From assembly GCA_963745035.1 (NCBI GenBank), contig CAVUVW010000016.1, forward strand, positions 160,001 through 224,000: DNA of 64,000 nucleotides, written 5' to 3'. The position numbers were made by a program, and so were the translations under genes. The notes below the pieces were generated by a model that worked only from the letters and a program-made list of their open reading frames with translations, did no database searches and was not told the origin of the DNA. This document shows, one piece after another, positions 53,389 through 64,000 of this stretch. Origin of the DNA: an uncultured delta proteobacterium. GTDB taxonomy: Bacteria; Desulfobacterota; Binatia; UBA9968. Positions within the stretch are counted from its first letter, which is position 1, and every line of letters begins with the position of its first letter.

Positions 53389-56300
53389 ATGCCGACTCCC
53401 AATCCTGACATTCCAAACATCCCGAACACGCCCGAAGTGGGGATGCAGCTGTCGTTCGGTCCCGCCCGTCCGCTCGTGTTGTTCCCGGTGCGGTTGGAGA
53501 CGCGGTTCTTTCCGCAAGCCGACGGCAGCTCCGAGCTGCGCGTGCGCGTCTATCCCGATAAGGTGCACATCGATTCGCACGAGCCTGAGCTGACCGCCGA
53601 CGAGCTGACCTGGGGACAGCATTTCTGGGAACAGACCTGGCGCGCGGGGAACGATGAAGAACGCGGAAAGGCCGCCTGGCGGCAACTGGCCGACCGTTTC
53701 GATCCGCCGCGTGCCGCGTGGGTCGCCCGCGCGCTCAAGCCGCTGAATCCCGGGGACCGCCCGGCAAACCCGGTCGCCGCCGATCAGCCGCTGCCGAAAG
53801 CCGCCGCGCTTTCCATCTCCCGCGACGAAGGCCGAGGCGTGGACGCGCGCGCCGGTGACGCGCGTGCTGCCGAACCTGTGGATCGTGCTGGGTTACAAAA
53901 ACGGGCGGCTGGTCGTCAACGTCAAGGGTGGGTTGATTCCGGACCCACTGCCGACCGGCCCCGACCCTTCGCCGTCGGCCAATGTCGATCAACTGGGGAT
54001 TGACGAGGGCATGAAGTGGATGGTGGATTTCGACGCGGCGGAAAAAGTCGGGATGGGGATCCGCGCCAGACTGACAAAAGAGGATGCCGCCGCCGGATTG
54101 GATTTTGTTGCTGGTGCTGGGCATCAAGGATTCGCTGGCGGGACGACAGACTGGACGCCGCGGCTGGCGGAATTGTTCAACGCCCACCATTACACCGACG
54201 GGCTGAGCTTCGTGCCGCAGGGCACACCTTCGAACAATACGGCGGATGCGCCGTCCGGCTTCAGCTCGAACGATCCCGGCCACGAAGCGAGCTATCTGGC
54301 CGAACGCGCCGCGCCGGCATTTCAACCCGGCGACGGATCGAATGCCGATGTGCTGACAACCGCGTTTGGACTGGCGAACGCCGGGCAGGTTTTTGCCAAC
54401 CTCCCCAATGCCACGGCGAAAGAGCAGCTCGACGCGCGGCACATGAACACCGCGTTGTGGCAGGCGACGTGGGGCTACTTTCTGTTGCAGATGCTCGGCG
54501 TCGGCGCAGCCAGCGAAAGCCCGCTGACCGACGAGGACATCGCCTGGGCGCGCAGCCATTTCATCGATTACGTGCGTGCGAGCGGGCCGCTGCCGGCAGT
54601 GCGCATCGGCAAGCAGCCCTATGGCATTCTTCCCGTGACCTCGCTCAATGCCTGGAAGCCGCCGGCCGGTCAACAGAGCCAGTCCACGCGCGACGTGGCG
54701 TTGCGGGATTTTCTGATCCGGCTGCGCGACATATGGCGGCGCAATTATCCGGAAGTACCGCGCCTCGGCCGCAGCGAGGATCTCGATCAGGCAAAGGGCA
54801 TCGACAAAGACCTGGCCGAAGTGCTGAGCATGGACGGCCTGTCGTCCAGTTACTCGATCCGCAACCTGATGGGTCGGCATTACCTGGAACACCTCTGGGT
54901 GTTTTTGAGCGCCGAATTCTTTTTGGACGTCTGGGGGCCGTCGACGAGTCGCTGCCGGAGCCGAGCTCCTGAGAAGAGGAGCCTCCCGGACTTGTCTCCG
55001 CGGGAACGGATCGCGTGGCTCGGCCCAGCAGCAGCAGGACGCTTGCGCGGGCGCATCAACGATGGTCGCGTTAATGGAGGCACGCAGCAAAGGCTCGCCG
55101 TGATCAACGCCAAGCGCGCCTCCACTCCGCGTGGTGGGCCACACAGGAACAGCGCGCAGCCACGTGTTGCAAACGCTGGGCTGACGTGGCGACCACGACT
55201 GGCGCGCGGCGTGTTTGCGCCGCCCGTCGCAACGCTCAGCGGAGCGTTGGTGCAAGCCGATCAAAGCTTCGTCGCTGTCCCCGAACTACATCGAATCGCT
55301 GCTCGCCGCGCGCGACCTCGACGCGATTCGCAACGAAACCATTCAGCAACCGCCGCCGCGTACGCTGCTTTACCTGCTGTTGCGCCATTCGATGCTGCTG
55401 GAATACGCCGCCGCCGCGTCGCGGCTGCTGATCAACCGTGGATTGTTGCAGCCCGCGCTGCGCCGCGAGCCGGAGCTGGTGGATCTGCCGCAGGGACAGT
55501 TGACGCAAACCGTCTGGCGGCAGATGACAACCAACATCAGCGTGCACGGGCGTGGCGGAGCCGATGGAGGTCGGGAAATATCTGCTCGGTTTCACACCGT
55601 CCGGCGAACCTGACGTGACGCGAGAACCCGATCTGAAACCGCTGAGCGAATTCCGCGCCAGCCTGGCGCACCTGAAGTCGCTCAAGGTCGCCAGACTCGA
55701 ACAGTTGATGACCGGCACGCTCGATCTGTGTTCGCACCGGCTGGATGCCTGGATCACCTCGTTTGCGACCAAGCGACTGGCCGAGATGCGCAAAGCAAGT
55801 CCGACGGGCGTGCTGTTCGGCGGGTACGGCTGGGTGATGAACCTGAAGCCGGCGGCCGCGCAAACCAAAGTCGCGCCGCCGCCCGGCGAACAGGAGCCGG
55901 TCTTTCAATCGGCCAACAATCCCGGCTTCGTTCACACGCCTTCGCTGACGCAGGCTTCCACCGTCGCGATCTTGCGCAGCGGCCATCTGGCCCATGCCGG
56001 CAATCAGAGCCGAACGATCTGCTGGCGATCGATCTGTCGTCGGAGCGCGTGCGCTTGGCGACGTGGCTGCTCGACGGCGTGCGGCAAGGGCAACCGCTCG
56101 GCGCGCTGCTCGGTTACCGGTTCGAGCGCCGCTTGCAGGAAGCCGGAAAGCCGCAGTTCATCGCGTTCTTCCGCGAGCTCGCGCCGCTGGTGGCGCGGAA
56201 GCTGGAGCAAACCGATCGCAACCGGTCGAAGCCATCGCCGCCAACAACGTCGTGGACGGGCTGGAGCTGCAGCGCCGCTGGCAGGCGGCGCTAAGACGAT

Positions 56301-58103
56301 CCGTCACGCCGCTGGCAGCACCGACGCGCAGTCCTTTTCAGCTCGCTCACGAACAAGCCGCCGCATGACCGACCTGACAAACGCAAGAGCCGTCTTGGAA
56401 GCCGAGCTGAACGCGCTGGCCGATTCGGTCGACGCCGTCAGCGATGCGCTGATGGCCGAAAGCGTGTATCAGGTCGTGCGCGGAAATCCGTTGCGCGCCG
56501 CCAGCACGGTGGAATCCATCGCCGGCGGCGAAACGCCGCCGCCCGAACTCGAAGTCGTGCGGACGCCGCGCACCGGCATCGCGCTGACGCATCGGCTGGT
56601 GACGTTGTTCAGCGGCGATCCGCAGCTTCCGCCCGAATGGGCGCCGCCTGCGGATTCCGTTTCGCGCCAACGCCGAGCCGCACTTGAACGCCTGGGCGGC
56701 GAAGCTGCTCGGCAATCCGGCCAACGTGCGCTGCGTGGTTGAGCGGCTGGAACCGGCGACCGGACAGGTTCTGGAGACGAAAGAGACTCCGCCTCGACCA
56801 ACTGCGCCTGGCGCCGCTCGATTTCATCTACGCCGTCGAAGGCGGACAAGGCGGACAGCAGGCGGAGATCGAACAGCGCATCCTGTACACGATCATGCGC
56901 AAGCCGGACGGCTTCGCGCCCGGTTCGCTGCTGCGCGTCAATCCCGGCCGCAAACCGGAATGGAAGGCCAACGAGCTGGGTTACGGCGAGTTCAGCGAGT
57001 TGCTGCGCACGGCGCGCAAACTGATCACCGGCGCGCGCGGCGATTGACGCCGACGATTTGAACTTGCCGGAGCGCAGCACGGATTTCAGCGTGGATGTTG
57101 TCGAGCTGGAAAAACGCGCGGCCGGCGCCGAGCAGGCGTTGCGCCGGACTGCCGAACGATTTCAAGGCGCAACTCGCGACGCCCGACACGGCCAACCTGG
57201 AGGTGTTGCGGGAATTGATCGTGCGTTCGGCGAGTTTCGGCGTGGCCGGCGCTGTGCCGCTTTCCGCCGCCGGCGATTCGCCCGCCGACCGCCAGATGCT
57301 GCTCGCGCAGGCGGGCTCGATCCAAAAAGAGCTCGCGCAGCGCGTCGAACAACTCACGGCGCTCGCCGACGGTTTTAACGCCGGCACGGCGACGGTGGAA
57401 GAGCAAGCGCGATCACGCACTGGCGCGGCTGCGCATCGTCTTCGGCAAAGCGTTCGTCGTGCTGCCGCGTTTTACGGCGGCGAACGCCGCGGAGCTTGAG
57501 AAGGCGCTGGCCGACAGCGCAAAAGTGCAGGACGGCGATCCGTTCGCTTCAACCACCTGGTTCCAGCGGATGGCGCGCGTGCGCGACGGCGTGGCTCGGC
57601 TCAATGCCGCGCTCAATTATTCCGAAGCGCTCAACACCGGCGAAAAACTCAAACTGACCATCGCGCAGCTTCCGTACGACGCCGACGACCGCTGGGTCGG
57701 CTTGCCGCTCAAAGCCGGGCAGAGCCTGCCGGGCGGAAAACTTTCCCTCGCCGTGCAATCCGCCGCGCCGGTTGACGTGCGCCAGCCGCTGGCCGGGCTG
57801 CTCATCGACGAATGGGTGGAAGTCGTGCCGAGCGCGACCGAGACCACCGGCATCGCGTTGCAGTACGATCAACCCAACGCCGCCCCGCCGCAAACGATTC
57901 TGGTCGCCGTGCCGCCGGAGGTCGAATCGCCGTGGACGGTCTGGTCGTTGCAGCAGGTGCTGCTGGAAACGCTCGATCTGGCCAGAATTCGCGCCGTCGA
58001 CCCCGACGCGCTGGACGAAGTCGGGCATTACCTGCCCGCGTTGTACTTTGCTTGCAACACTGCCGGCGATACCGTTTCGACCGATTTCACGACGATCAAG
58101 TAG
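53389..58103 (+). CDS. Very large hypothetical protein B of the operon core (about 1570 aa, multiple frameshifts)
   Basis: Starts 3 bp after gene A. Fragments LFPVRLETRF..VRVYPD, WMVDFDAAEKVGMG, HHYTDGL..QGTPSNNT, GKQPYGILP, HRLDAWITS, GQPLGALLGYRFER and LLIDEWVEVVP..PPQTILVAVPP. Confidence 0.7.
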
Positions 58104-58111
58104 AGGAAATC

Positions 58112-59885
58112 ATGCCATCGATCACCAGTTGGATGCGGCTGGAGCCGCGCAGCCGCAACGCCGAGATGAATACCAGCTTGCAGGCGAGAATCTACGATCC
58201 GCTCTGGCTGCTGGCGCGGCAATGGCAGCTCGGCGAGTTCCAGGGCGAAGACAACGGCTCGCCGGTGATGGCGCGTTGGCGCGCGGAAGCGGCGCGGCTG
58301 ACCCGCTATCATTCGGGCGCCATTGCACCGAACACCAGAGTCAAGCCCCGCAGTTATGACGGCAGCCGCATGCCGCTCGAAACACTGGTCGAGCGGGAAA
58401 CAATTCGTCCGGCAACAGATCAAACGGCGAAGCCGGAAAAACTCAGGCTGGCCGCAGAGGCGGGCCAGCAGTTCCTGCGCATGCTGGAACAGCAACCGCT
58501 GTCGCGTGATTACCGCGACGCCTTCATTCGCCGAATATCCGTTTCCGGCATTGACGACAGAGCAACGCGCCACACTCGACAGCGACAGCCTCAGCTTCTT
58601 TGATCTGATGGCATCGCGTGTCCCCGACGGCCGGCGGCTCTATGCCGCGTTCCGTTCGACAAGCGCGGGCGGAATCGTCATCGCGCCCGCTCTGCAAATT
58701 GCTCCGGCCGATTTGGCGGAAGTCGAGAAGGCCGCGCGGCTCTGGTTGCAATGGTTCGAGACGCTTTTCAGCGAGCCTGAAGCAGTCAATCCGTCGTGGT
58801 TGCCGGAACGCATGGAGTATGCGTTTTCGGTTGGCAACGCGGTTCAGCGATGGCGAGCGCGTGTTGACGGCGCAGGAATATTTTGAAGGGCATCTGGACT
58901 GGTACGCCTTCGATGCGAATCCTGAGGTGACGCTCGGAGCAGCGACAGACAATGCCTTTACAGAAATCACGCGCACGGTCATTCCGGCTCCGGTCAGCTT
59001 TCGCGGAATGCCGGCGGCGCGGTTCTGGGAGTTTGAAGACGCGCAGGTGGACTTCGGCTCGGTGGACGCCGGGCCGACCGATCTGGCGCGCATGCTGCTG
59101 GTCGAATTTGCGCTGGCTTACGGCAACGACTGGTTTGTCATTCCCATCGAACTGGACGTTGGATCTCTCTATCGGACCCGTTCGTTAGTCATCACGGACA
59201 CGTTCGGTGTCCGCACGCTGATCAAATCCTCCAGCGAGCTGGGCGAGCCCCATTCGCACGTGGCGAATGTTCCAGCATTCCCATACGCGAGGGAGCGGAC
59301 TCACGAAGCCGGCGTCGAATCTGTTTTTCCTGCCCCCGTCGCTGCTCAAGAGTATGGAGAGCCGGCCGATTGAAGAGGTGCTGTTCCTGCGCGACGAGAT
59401 GGCGAATCTGGCCTGGGCGGTTGAACGTTTGATTGAAAGCCCCGCCGAGCGACCGCTCAACCGATTTGAAGCTTACCTGGAACAGAAACGGCGTCGCGAA
59501 CCGAGGCAATCGCCGCCACAGCCGGCGACAGCGCCGGACACGCTGCGTTATCGTCTTTCAACGGAAATCCCCGATTACTGGGTTCCGTTGACTGCCGGTG
59601 CGGACGGGGCAAGGGCTTCGTCTGAAGCGCGGCGCGGTGCTCAAGACGGATGGCTTGCCGGAACCTGTTCATGCACTGGGACGTATTTTGGACTCCTGAT
59701 CCCGGTCGAGCCTTGCATTGTTCGAAGAGGAAGTGCCGCGCGAAGGCGTTCGCGTTACGCGCAGCTATCAGTTCACCCGCTGGATCGACGGCTCGACGCA
59801 TTTATGGATCGGGCGGCGCAAACAGATCGGCCGCGGTGAAGGATCAAGCGGCCTGGGTTTCGACATTGTTAGGAATGAGCCTTGA
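58112..59885 (+). CDS. Hypothetical protein C of the operon core (about 590 aa, multiple frameshifts)
   Basis: GAGG RBS, 8 bp after gene B. Fragments WMRLEPR..DPLWLLARQWQLGEFQGED, GHLDWYAFD, GMPAARFWEFED, YGNDWFVIP, RDEMANLAWAVE and EEEVPREG..GRGEGSSGL.FD. Stop at 59883-59885. Confidence 0.7.
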
Positions 59886-60143
59886 TCGTGAATTGCAGAC
59901 CGTACCGCCTTGCGGCGACTTGAGAACAATTCCTTTCCGTCGTAACCCGCGAGACGACCGACATAAAGGTAGCGGTCTTAACGCGCAGAGCATCTCGGAT
60001 TTCTAGGAAGTGGGGTCCGAGTTCTTGCGCGATCCGTGGTCGTGCGAAAAATAAAGACAAAGCCCGACGACGCCGATCCATATTCGCTTCATACCCATTG
60101 CCTCCTTCCGGATCGCGTAGCATTTTTCTTCAAAAACGATTTG

Positions 60144-60159
60144 ATAATTTATAAATTAT
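60144..60159. promoter_or_regulatory. Perfect 16-bp palindrome, candidate GntR-family operator
   Basis: ATAATTTATAAATTAT is its own reverse complement and overlaps a TTGATA -35-like hexamer, about 75 bp upstream of the GntR gene. Confidence 0.55.
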
Positions 60160-60232
60160 TTATTATGTAGCGCAGTGCGGCGTTGGGAAACAAGACAAAA
60201 ATGCTTGATTACGAGCCCAAAGGAAATTCCGC

Positions 60233-60900
60233 GTGGAATATCTGAGTCTTGCCGAGATCGCTTACCAAAAGATCAAACAAGCGATTCTCAAGCATGAAAT
60301 CGTGCCGGGTGAGCGATTGTCGCATGAGGAACTGGTGCTGCGGCTCAAAATCAGCCAGACGCCGATCCGCGAGGCGCTGTCGCGGTTGGCCCAGGAAGGC
60401 TACGTCACCCGGCTCACCAACCGTGGTTATCGAGTGAGCGAAATGACTGCGGAGGAGGTCGAGGAACTCTTTGGTTTGCGCGGCGCGCTGGAGGCGTACT
60501 GTATCGACGAGGCGATCCGGCGCATCACGCCGGATGGCATCGCGGCGCTGGAGCAGAGTGTGAAAGCCTCGCGCAAGGCGATCGTGGCGAACGATCCGCT
60601 GGTCGACCGCTACATTATCAATAAGGACTTCCACGTGGAGCTGTCCGAGATTGCCGGCAACAGCGCTGTCAGCCGAGTCTTGAACGACACCTGCGAGAAA
60701 CTCGTGCTCAAGCGGCGCATCGAAGGCGTTTCGCACGGCGGCTTTGAGGTCTTGCGCCATCACCGGGAGATATTTCAAGCGATCAAGCGCAAGGATGCGA
60801 AGAAGGCGCAGGAGCTCATGCGATCTCACCTGCAAGAGATCAAGCGTATTTTACTCAAGCAGATTCAAGCGCGAACTCGAACGCCGCGCGCGTGCGTTAG
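60233..60900 (+). CDS. GntR-family transcriptional regulator with FCD domain (3' end uncertain, probable frameshift)
   Basis: PGERL..ISQTPIREALSRL HTH, FCD motifs NKDFH and HHREIFQAI..MRSHL. The raw ORF runs on into the next gene. A TAG at 60898-60900 lies in another frame. Confidence 0.88.
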
Positions 60901-60932
60901 TGGCGCGCGCATCATTGACAACGGAGTCAAGC

Positions 60933-62368
60933 ATGTCGCCTCACTCGAAAGACCTGCGCACTTTTCTGAAGATTCTCGACGATCGTTGGCCCGGCGAGGT
61001 GTTGCGCGTCGATACCCGGGGCAAGACATTCGATCTCGCCGAGTGCGACGCCGCGGCGTTTCTCGCCAAACTCAAAGGCGAGCGGCAAGCGACCGGCGAC
61101 CTTTTTCGCGGCTTCAAGACGCTTAGCGGAAAAGTCTGGCCAGGTGAACTGTTGTTCTCCGAGCTGGCCACATTGCGCAAGCAGGCGGCGGCGATGGATC
61201 TCGACGGCGAAGTGAATTTTCAGAGATCTGGCGCAGGAATTCTCGCGGCGCAATCGTCTGACGACGAAGCCGGCAAAAATTCCCGCATCGGAGGCGCCGA
61301 TTCACCAAACCGTGTTAACCGGTTCGCAGATGTCGCTTTTTGACCTGCCGGTTTACCGCAAAGATGAATTCGACGCCAAGCCGGGCTGGCTGTGCGCTAT
61401 CGGCATCGGCAAAGAGCCGGATTCGGGCCGATACAATCTCTCCTGGCACCGGCTTCACGTTCACTCGCCCGAGCACGCCTCCGCGCGCATCAATCCGCGC
61501 CACTTGATGGAGTACATGAACCGCTACCGCGCCAAGGGTCACGACAAGATGCCGGTGGCCTTTGCCCTCGGCCATCATCCGGCGTTCGAAGTTGCGGCGG
61601 GCTCCAACTGCGCTTGGGGCGTCGACGAATATGAATTCGCCGGCGGCTTGATGGACAGCGCCGTGCGGGTCACGCCGTCGGCGACGCTCGGAGAAGATTT
61701 TTTGATTCCCGCCGACGCCGAGATGGTGCTCGAAGGGATGATCGATCTGACCAAGAAAGAAATCTGCGGGCCGTGGGCGGATGTCATGCGCTATTACTCG
61801 CCGCAGACCCTCGAGCCGGTATTTACGCCGACGGCGTTTCTGATGCGGCACAATCCGATCTGCATCGGCAATTGGACCGGCCACGATACTTATGGAGTGT
61901 TGGGCGCGGCGTCTTACGTTTACAGCGTTCTCAAAGAGCGTTACCCGCGCGTCCTCGCGGTCAATCAAGTCTGTCCCTACACCTACGTGATTCAGTTCAA
62001 GCCGAGAGTGCCGGGAGAAAGCACGCGGCTTGCCGCGATGGCGCTCGGCAGCTTCGCCGACCGGATCAAGAACGTAATTCTGGTCGACGACGATATCGAT
62101 CCGTTCGATTTGAGCATGGTGATGTTTGCCATCAGCACGCGGACCGACGCCGATTCCGCCCAGGTCCAGATCATTCGCGATCTTCAAGCCAACCGCCAGG
62201 ATCCGTCGACGGAACAAATATTTGCGCGTCGGCGGTTTGATCATCGACAGCACCAAGCCCGTGGGCAAGCCGTTTCCGGATATCGGCAAGCCGCCCGACG
62301 ACGCGCTGGCGCGAATTCGTCTGGAAGATTTCGTCAGCGCGGCCGAGTTGGGAAAAGTGACGGGATGA
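60933..62368 (+). CDS. UbiD-family protein with altered catalytic motif (frameshifts near 61220-61310 and 62225)
   Basis: GGAG + ATG start MSPHSKDLRTFL. LFDLPV, YNLSWHR, EYEFAGGL, IPADAEMVLEG, CGPWADVMRYY, LVDDDIDPFD and IIDSTKP motifs. Confidence 0.82.
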
Positions 62369-62411
62369 TGTCGGATGGCGGTTAAGAACGATACAGTGAA
62401 TGCAGCGCGAG

Positions 62412-62516
62412 TTCCTTTCCCCTTGACGGGGAAAGGTTAGGATAGGGGTGCGAAGCGCGCCATTGAAAACGGAAGGGCACCCCTACCTTCGTCGCTTCCC
62501 CGTCAAGGGGAAGGAA
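62412..62516. repeat. REP-like long inverted repeat with internal hairpins
   Basis: ttcctttccccttgacggggaaaggttaggataggggtgc ... gcacccctaccttcgtcgcttccccgtcaaggggaaggaa. Confidence 0.8.
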
Positions 62517-62599
62517 TGAAACGAGAATCGGCAAAACTCGGGATCGCGAGAACGAGTAAACGTCGATCTATTTGCGACGGTCACGATAGGAGAACGTCC

Positions 62600-62770
62600 A
62601 TGCCACCGGAATTTTATATTACTTGTCCGAAATGCGGCCACCGCTACAACGTTCACAAAATGATCTACGACGAGGGCGAAGAGTTTTCCATGTTCTGTCC
62701 GGTTTGTACGGCAAGATATCCCAGGAAAGACGGAAAAATCGATGCGGCCAATTTCGACATCAAGAAATAG
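62600..62770 (+). CDS. Small zinc-ribbon protein (56 aa)
   Basis: AGGAG RBS, CPKC and CPVC motifs. Confidence 0.75.
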   Translation: MPPEFYITCPKCGHRYNVHKMIYDEGEEFSMFCPVCTARYPRKDGKIDAANFDIKK

Positions 62771-62779
62771 GAAACAAAT

Positions 62780-63650
62780 TTGAAATCCGCAGACTTTAAA
62801 TATCACCGGCCGCGCGAGATCGATGAAGCGCTGACTTTATTGAAGGAAGTCGGCGAAGACGGCAAGATTCTCGCCGGCGGCCAAAGCTTGATGCCGATGA
62901 TGAATTTCCGGCTGGCCGAGCCGGCGCATCTGATCGATATCAATTTCATCGACGGCCTGGATTATATCCGCAGCGAAAACGGCGCAGATCAAGATCGGCT
63001 GCTTGGCGCGCCAAGCGCCGTGCTGGGCGATCCGTTGGTTCGACAACGCTGTCCGTTGCTCGCCGCTGCCTTGGCTCACGTCGGCTATGAGCAGACGCGC
63101 AATCGCGGCACATTCTGCGGCAGCCTGGCGCACGCCGATCCGGCGGCGGAGCTGCCGGCGGTATTGCTGGCGTTGGACGGTTCGGTCACGGTCGGCAATT
63201 CGAACGCGCACGCGGCAAGTGTCCGCGCGAGATTTGTTTCAATCCTACCTGACCACCGCGCTTGGCGGCGACGAGATGGTGCTGGAAGCCTCGCTTCCCG
63301 AGCAGCCGACGAGTTCGGGCTCCTCGTTCGTCGAGTTCGCGCGCCGCTTCGGCGATTTCGCCATCGTCGGCGTCGCGGCGTCATTGGTGCTGTCCAAGGA
63401 TGAAATTACCGATGCGAGAATTGCCTTCACGGGGGTCGGCGACAAACCGTGGCGCGAGCGCAAGCCGGAAGAAATTCTAATCGGCAAAAAAGCAACGCCG
63501 GATCTATTCAGCACGGCGGCCAACGAGATCGCCGCGGACATCGACCCGGGCTCGGACATCCACGCCAGCGCGGCTTACCGCCGATCACTCACGCGGTGTT
63601 GACCCGGCGGGCTTTGACTGATGCCTGGAACAAGCGCGAATTGGCGGGAT
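62780..63650 (+). CDS. Xanthine dehydrogenase/CoxM-type FAD-binding subunit (several frameshifts, end approximate)
   Basis: KILAGGQSLMPMMNFRL, RNRGTFCGSLAHADPAAELP, EFARRFGDFAIV and SDIHASAAYR across frames. Confidence 0.88.
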
Positions 63651-63692
63651 TGAGACATGGTGGAGTGAGACAAACATCGGTGTCTGAAAACT

Positions 63693-63792
63693 TTCCCCCT
63701 TTGGAAAATAGGCGGGCACAAGGGGGATTTCGGCTGTGGTGGAGCTGTGGGTCACTCGGAAAATCTCCCCTCGCCCCTCTTTCAAAGAGGGG
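63693..63792. repeat. REP-like inverted repeat (cccccttt..aaaggggg type)
   Basis: ttccccctttggaaaataggcgggcacaagggggatttc ... gaaaatctcccctcgcccctctttcaaagagggg. Confidence 0.65.
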
Positions 63793-63820
63793 TAAATCCT
63801 GACTATGTCGAAATTCATGA

Positions 63821-64000
63821 ATGGACATGCGGAAGATTAGATTGATCGTCAACGGCAAGCCGGTCGAAAGGGAAGTCGACAGCCGGCAAAATCTCGCCGA
63901 TTTTTTGCGCCACGAATTGACCCTGACCGGCACCCATGTCGGCTGCGAGCATGGTGTGTGCGGCAGTTGCACGGTGCAGCAGAACGGCGCGCCGGTGCGC
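63821..64000 (+). CDS. CoxS-type (2Fe-2S)-binding subunit, truncated by the window end
   Basis: Translated by eye: MDMRKIRLIVNGK..LADFLRHELTLTGTHVGCEHGVCGSCTV. Confidence 0.92.
   Translation, partial: MDMRKIRLIVNGKPVEREVDSRQNLADFLRHELTLTGTHVGCEHGVCGSCTVQQNGAPVR

Noticed and set aside
38624-59885. Prophage, eCIS/T6SS or classical Tc toxin locus
   Set aside because: I recognised no sheath, tube, baseplate, VgrG/PAAR, terminase, SpvB/FG-GAP or RHS/YD motifs, and no integrase or att-like repeats. Remote structural homology cannot be excluded without a search.
60233-61126. GntR with a long C-terminal extension, or GntR-UbiD fusion
   Set aside because: The extension overlaps the UbiD start (RBS + ATG at 60933) and is best explained by an indel near 60875.

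Overview
High-GC bacterial chromosomal window, probably from a long-read metagenome assembly, since many genes carry single-base indels. The expansion of UbiD, NMT1-type binding-protein, TTT and F420-LLM paralogs is typical of Binatota/Deltaproteobacteria-like genomes (inference). 1-19 kb and 60-64 kb hold aromatic-acid catabolism and transport genes: four UbiD-family decarboxylases, two paralogous heme-oxygenase-fold (TenA/PqqC/CADD-like) enzymes, a gentisate-dioxygenase-like cupin, TctABC, a GntR regulator and CoxM/CoxS-type subunits. 19-37.5 kb holds envelope and housekeeping genes: an MFS/spermidine-synthase/TPR fusion, proC, TamA-TamB, YdbH-YdbL, mscL, OmpA and glycerate kinase. The standout is a ~21 kb, tightly coupled 7-gene + strand operon (38624-59885) behind a candidate sigma-54 promoter. 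Its layout is [M64-like metallopeptidase + DUF6603-like giant], [phospholipase D + second DUF6603-like giant], then three large hypothetical proteins. The two giants have divergent N-halves but a near-identical ~2 kb C-terminal module. I propose, as inference, an uncharacterised modular enzyme-cargo/carrier/core complex. Intergenic spaces hold at least six different palindromic REP-like elements. I saw no rRNA, tRNA, CRISPR array, integrase or transposase.
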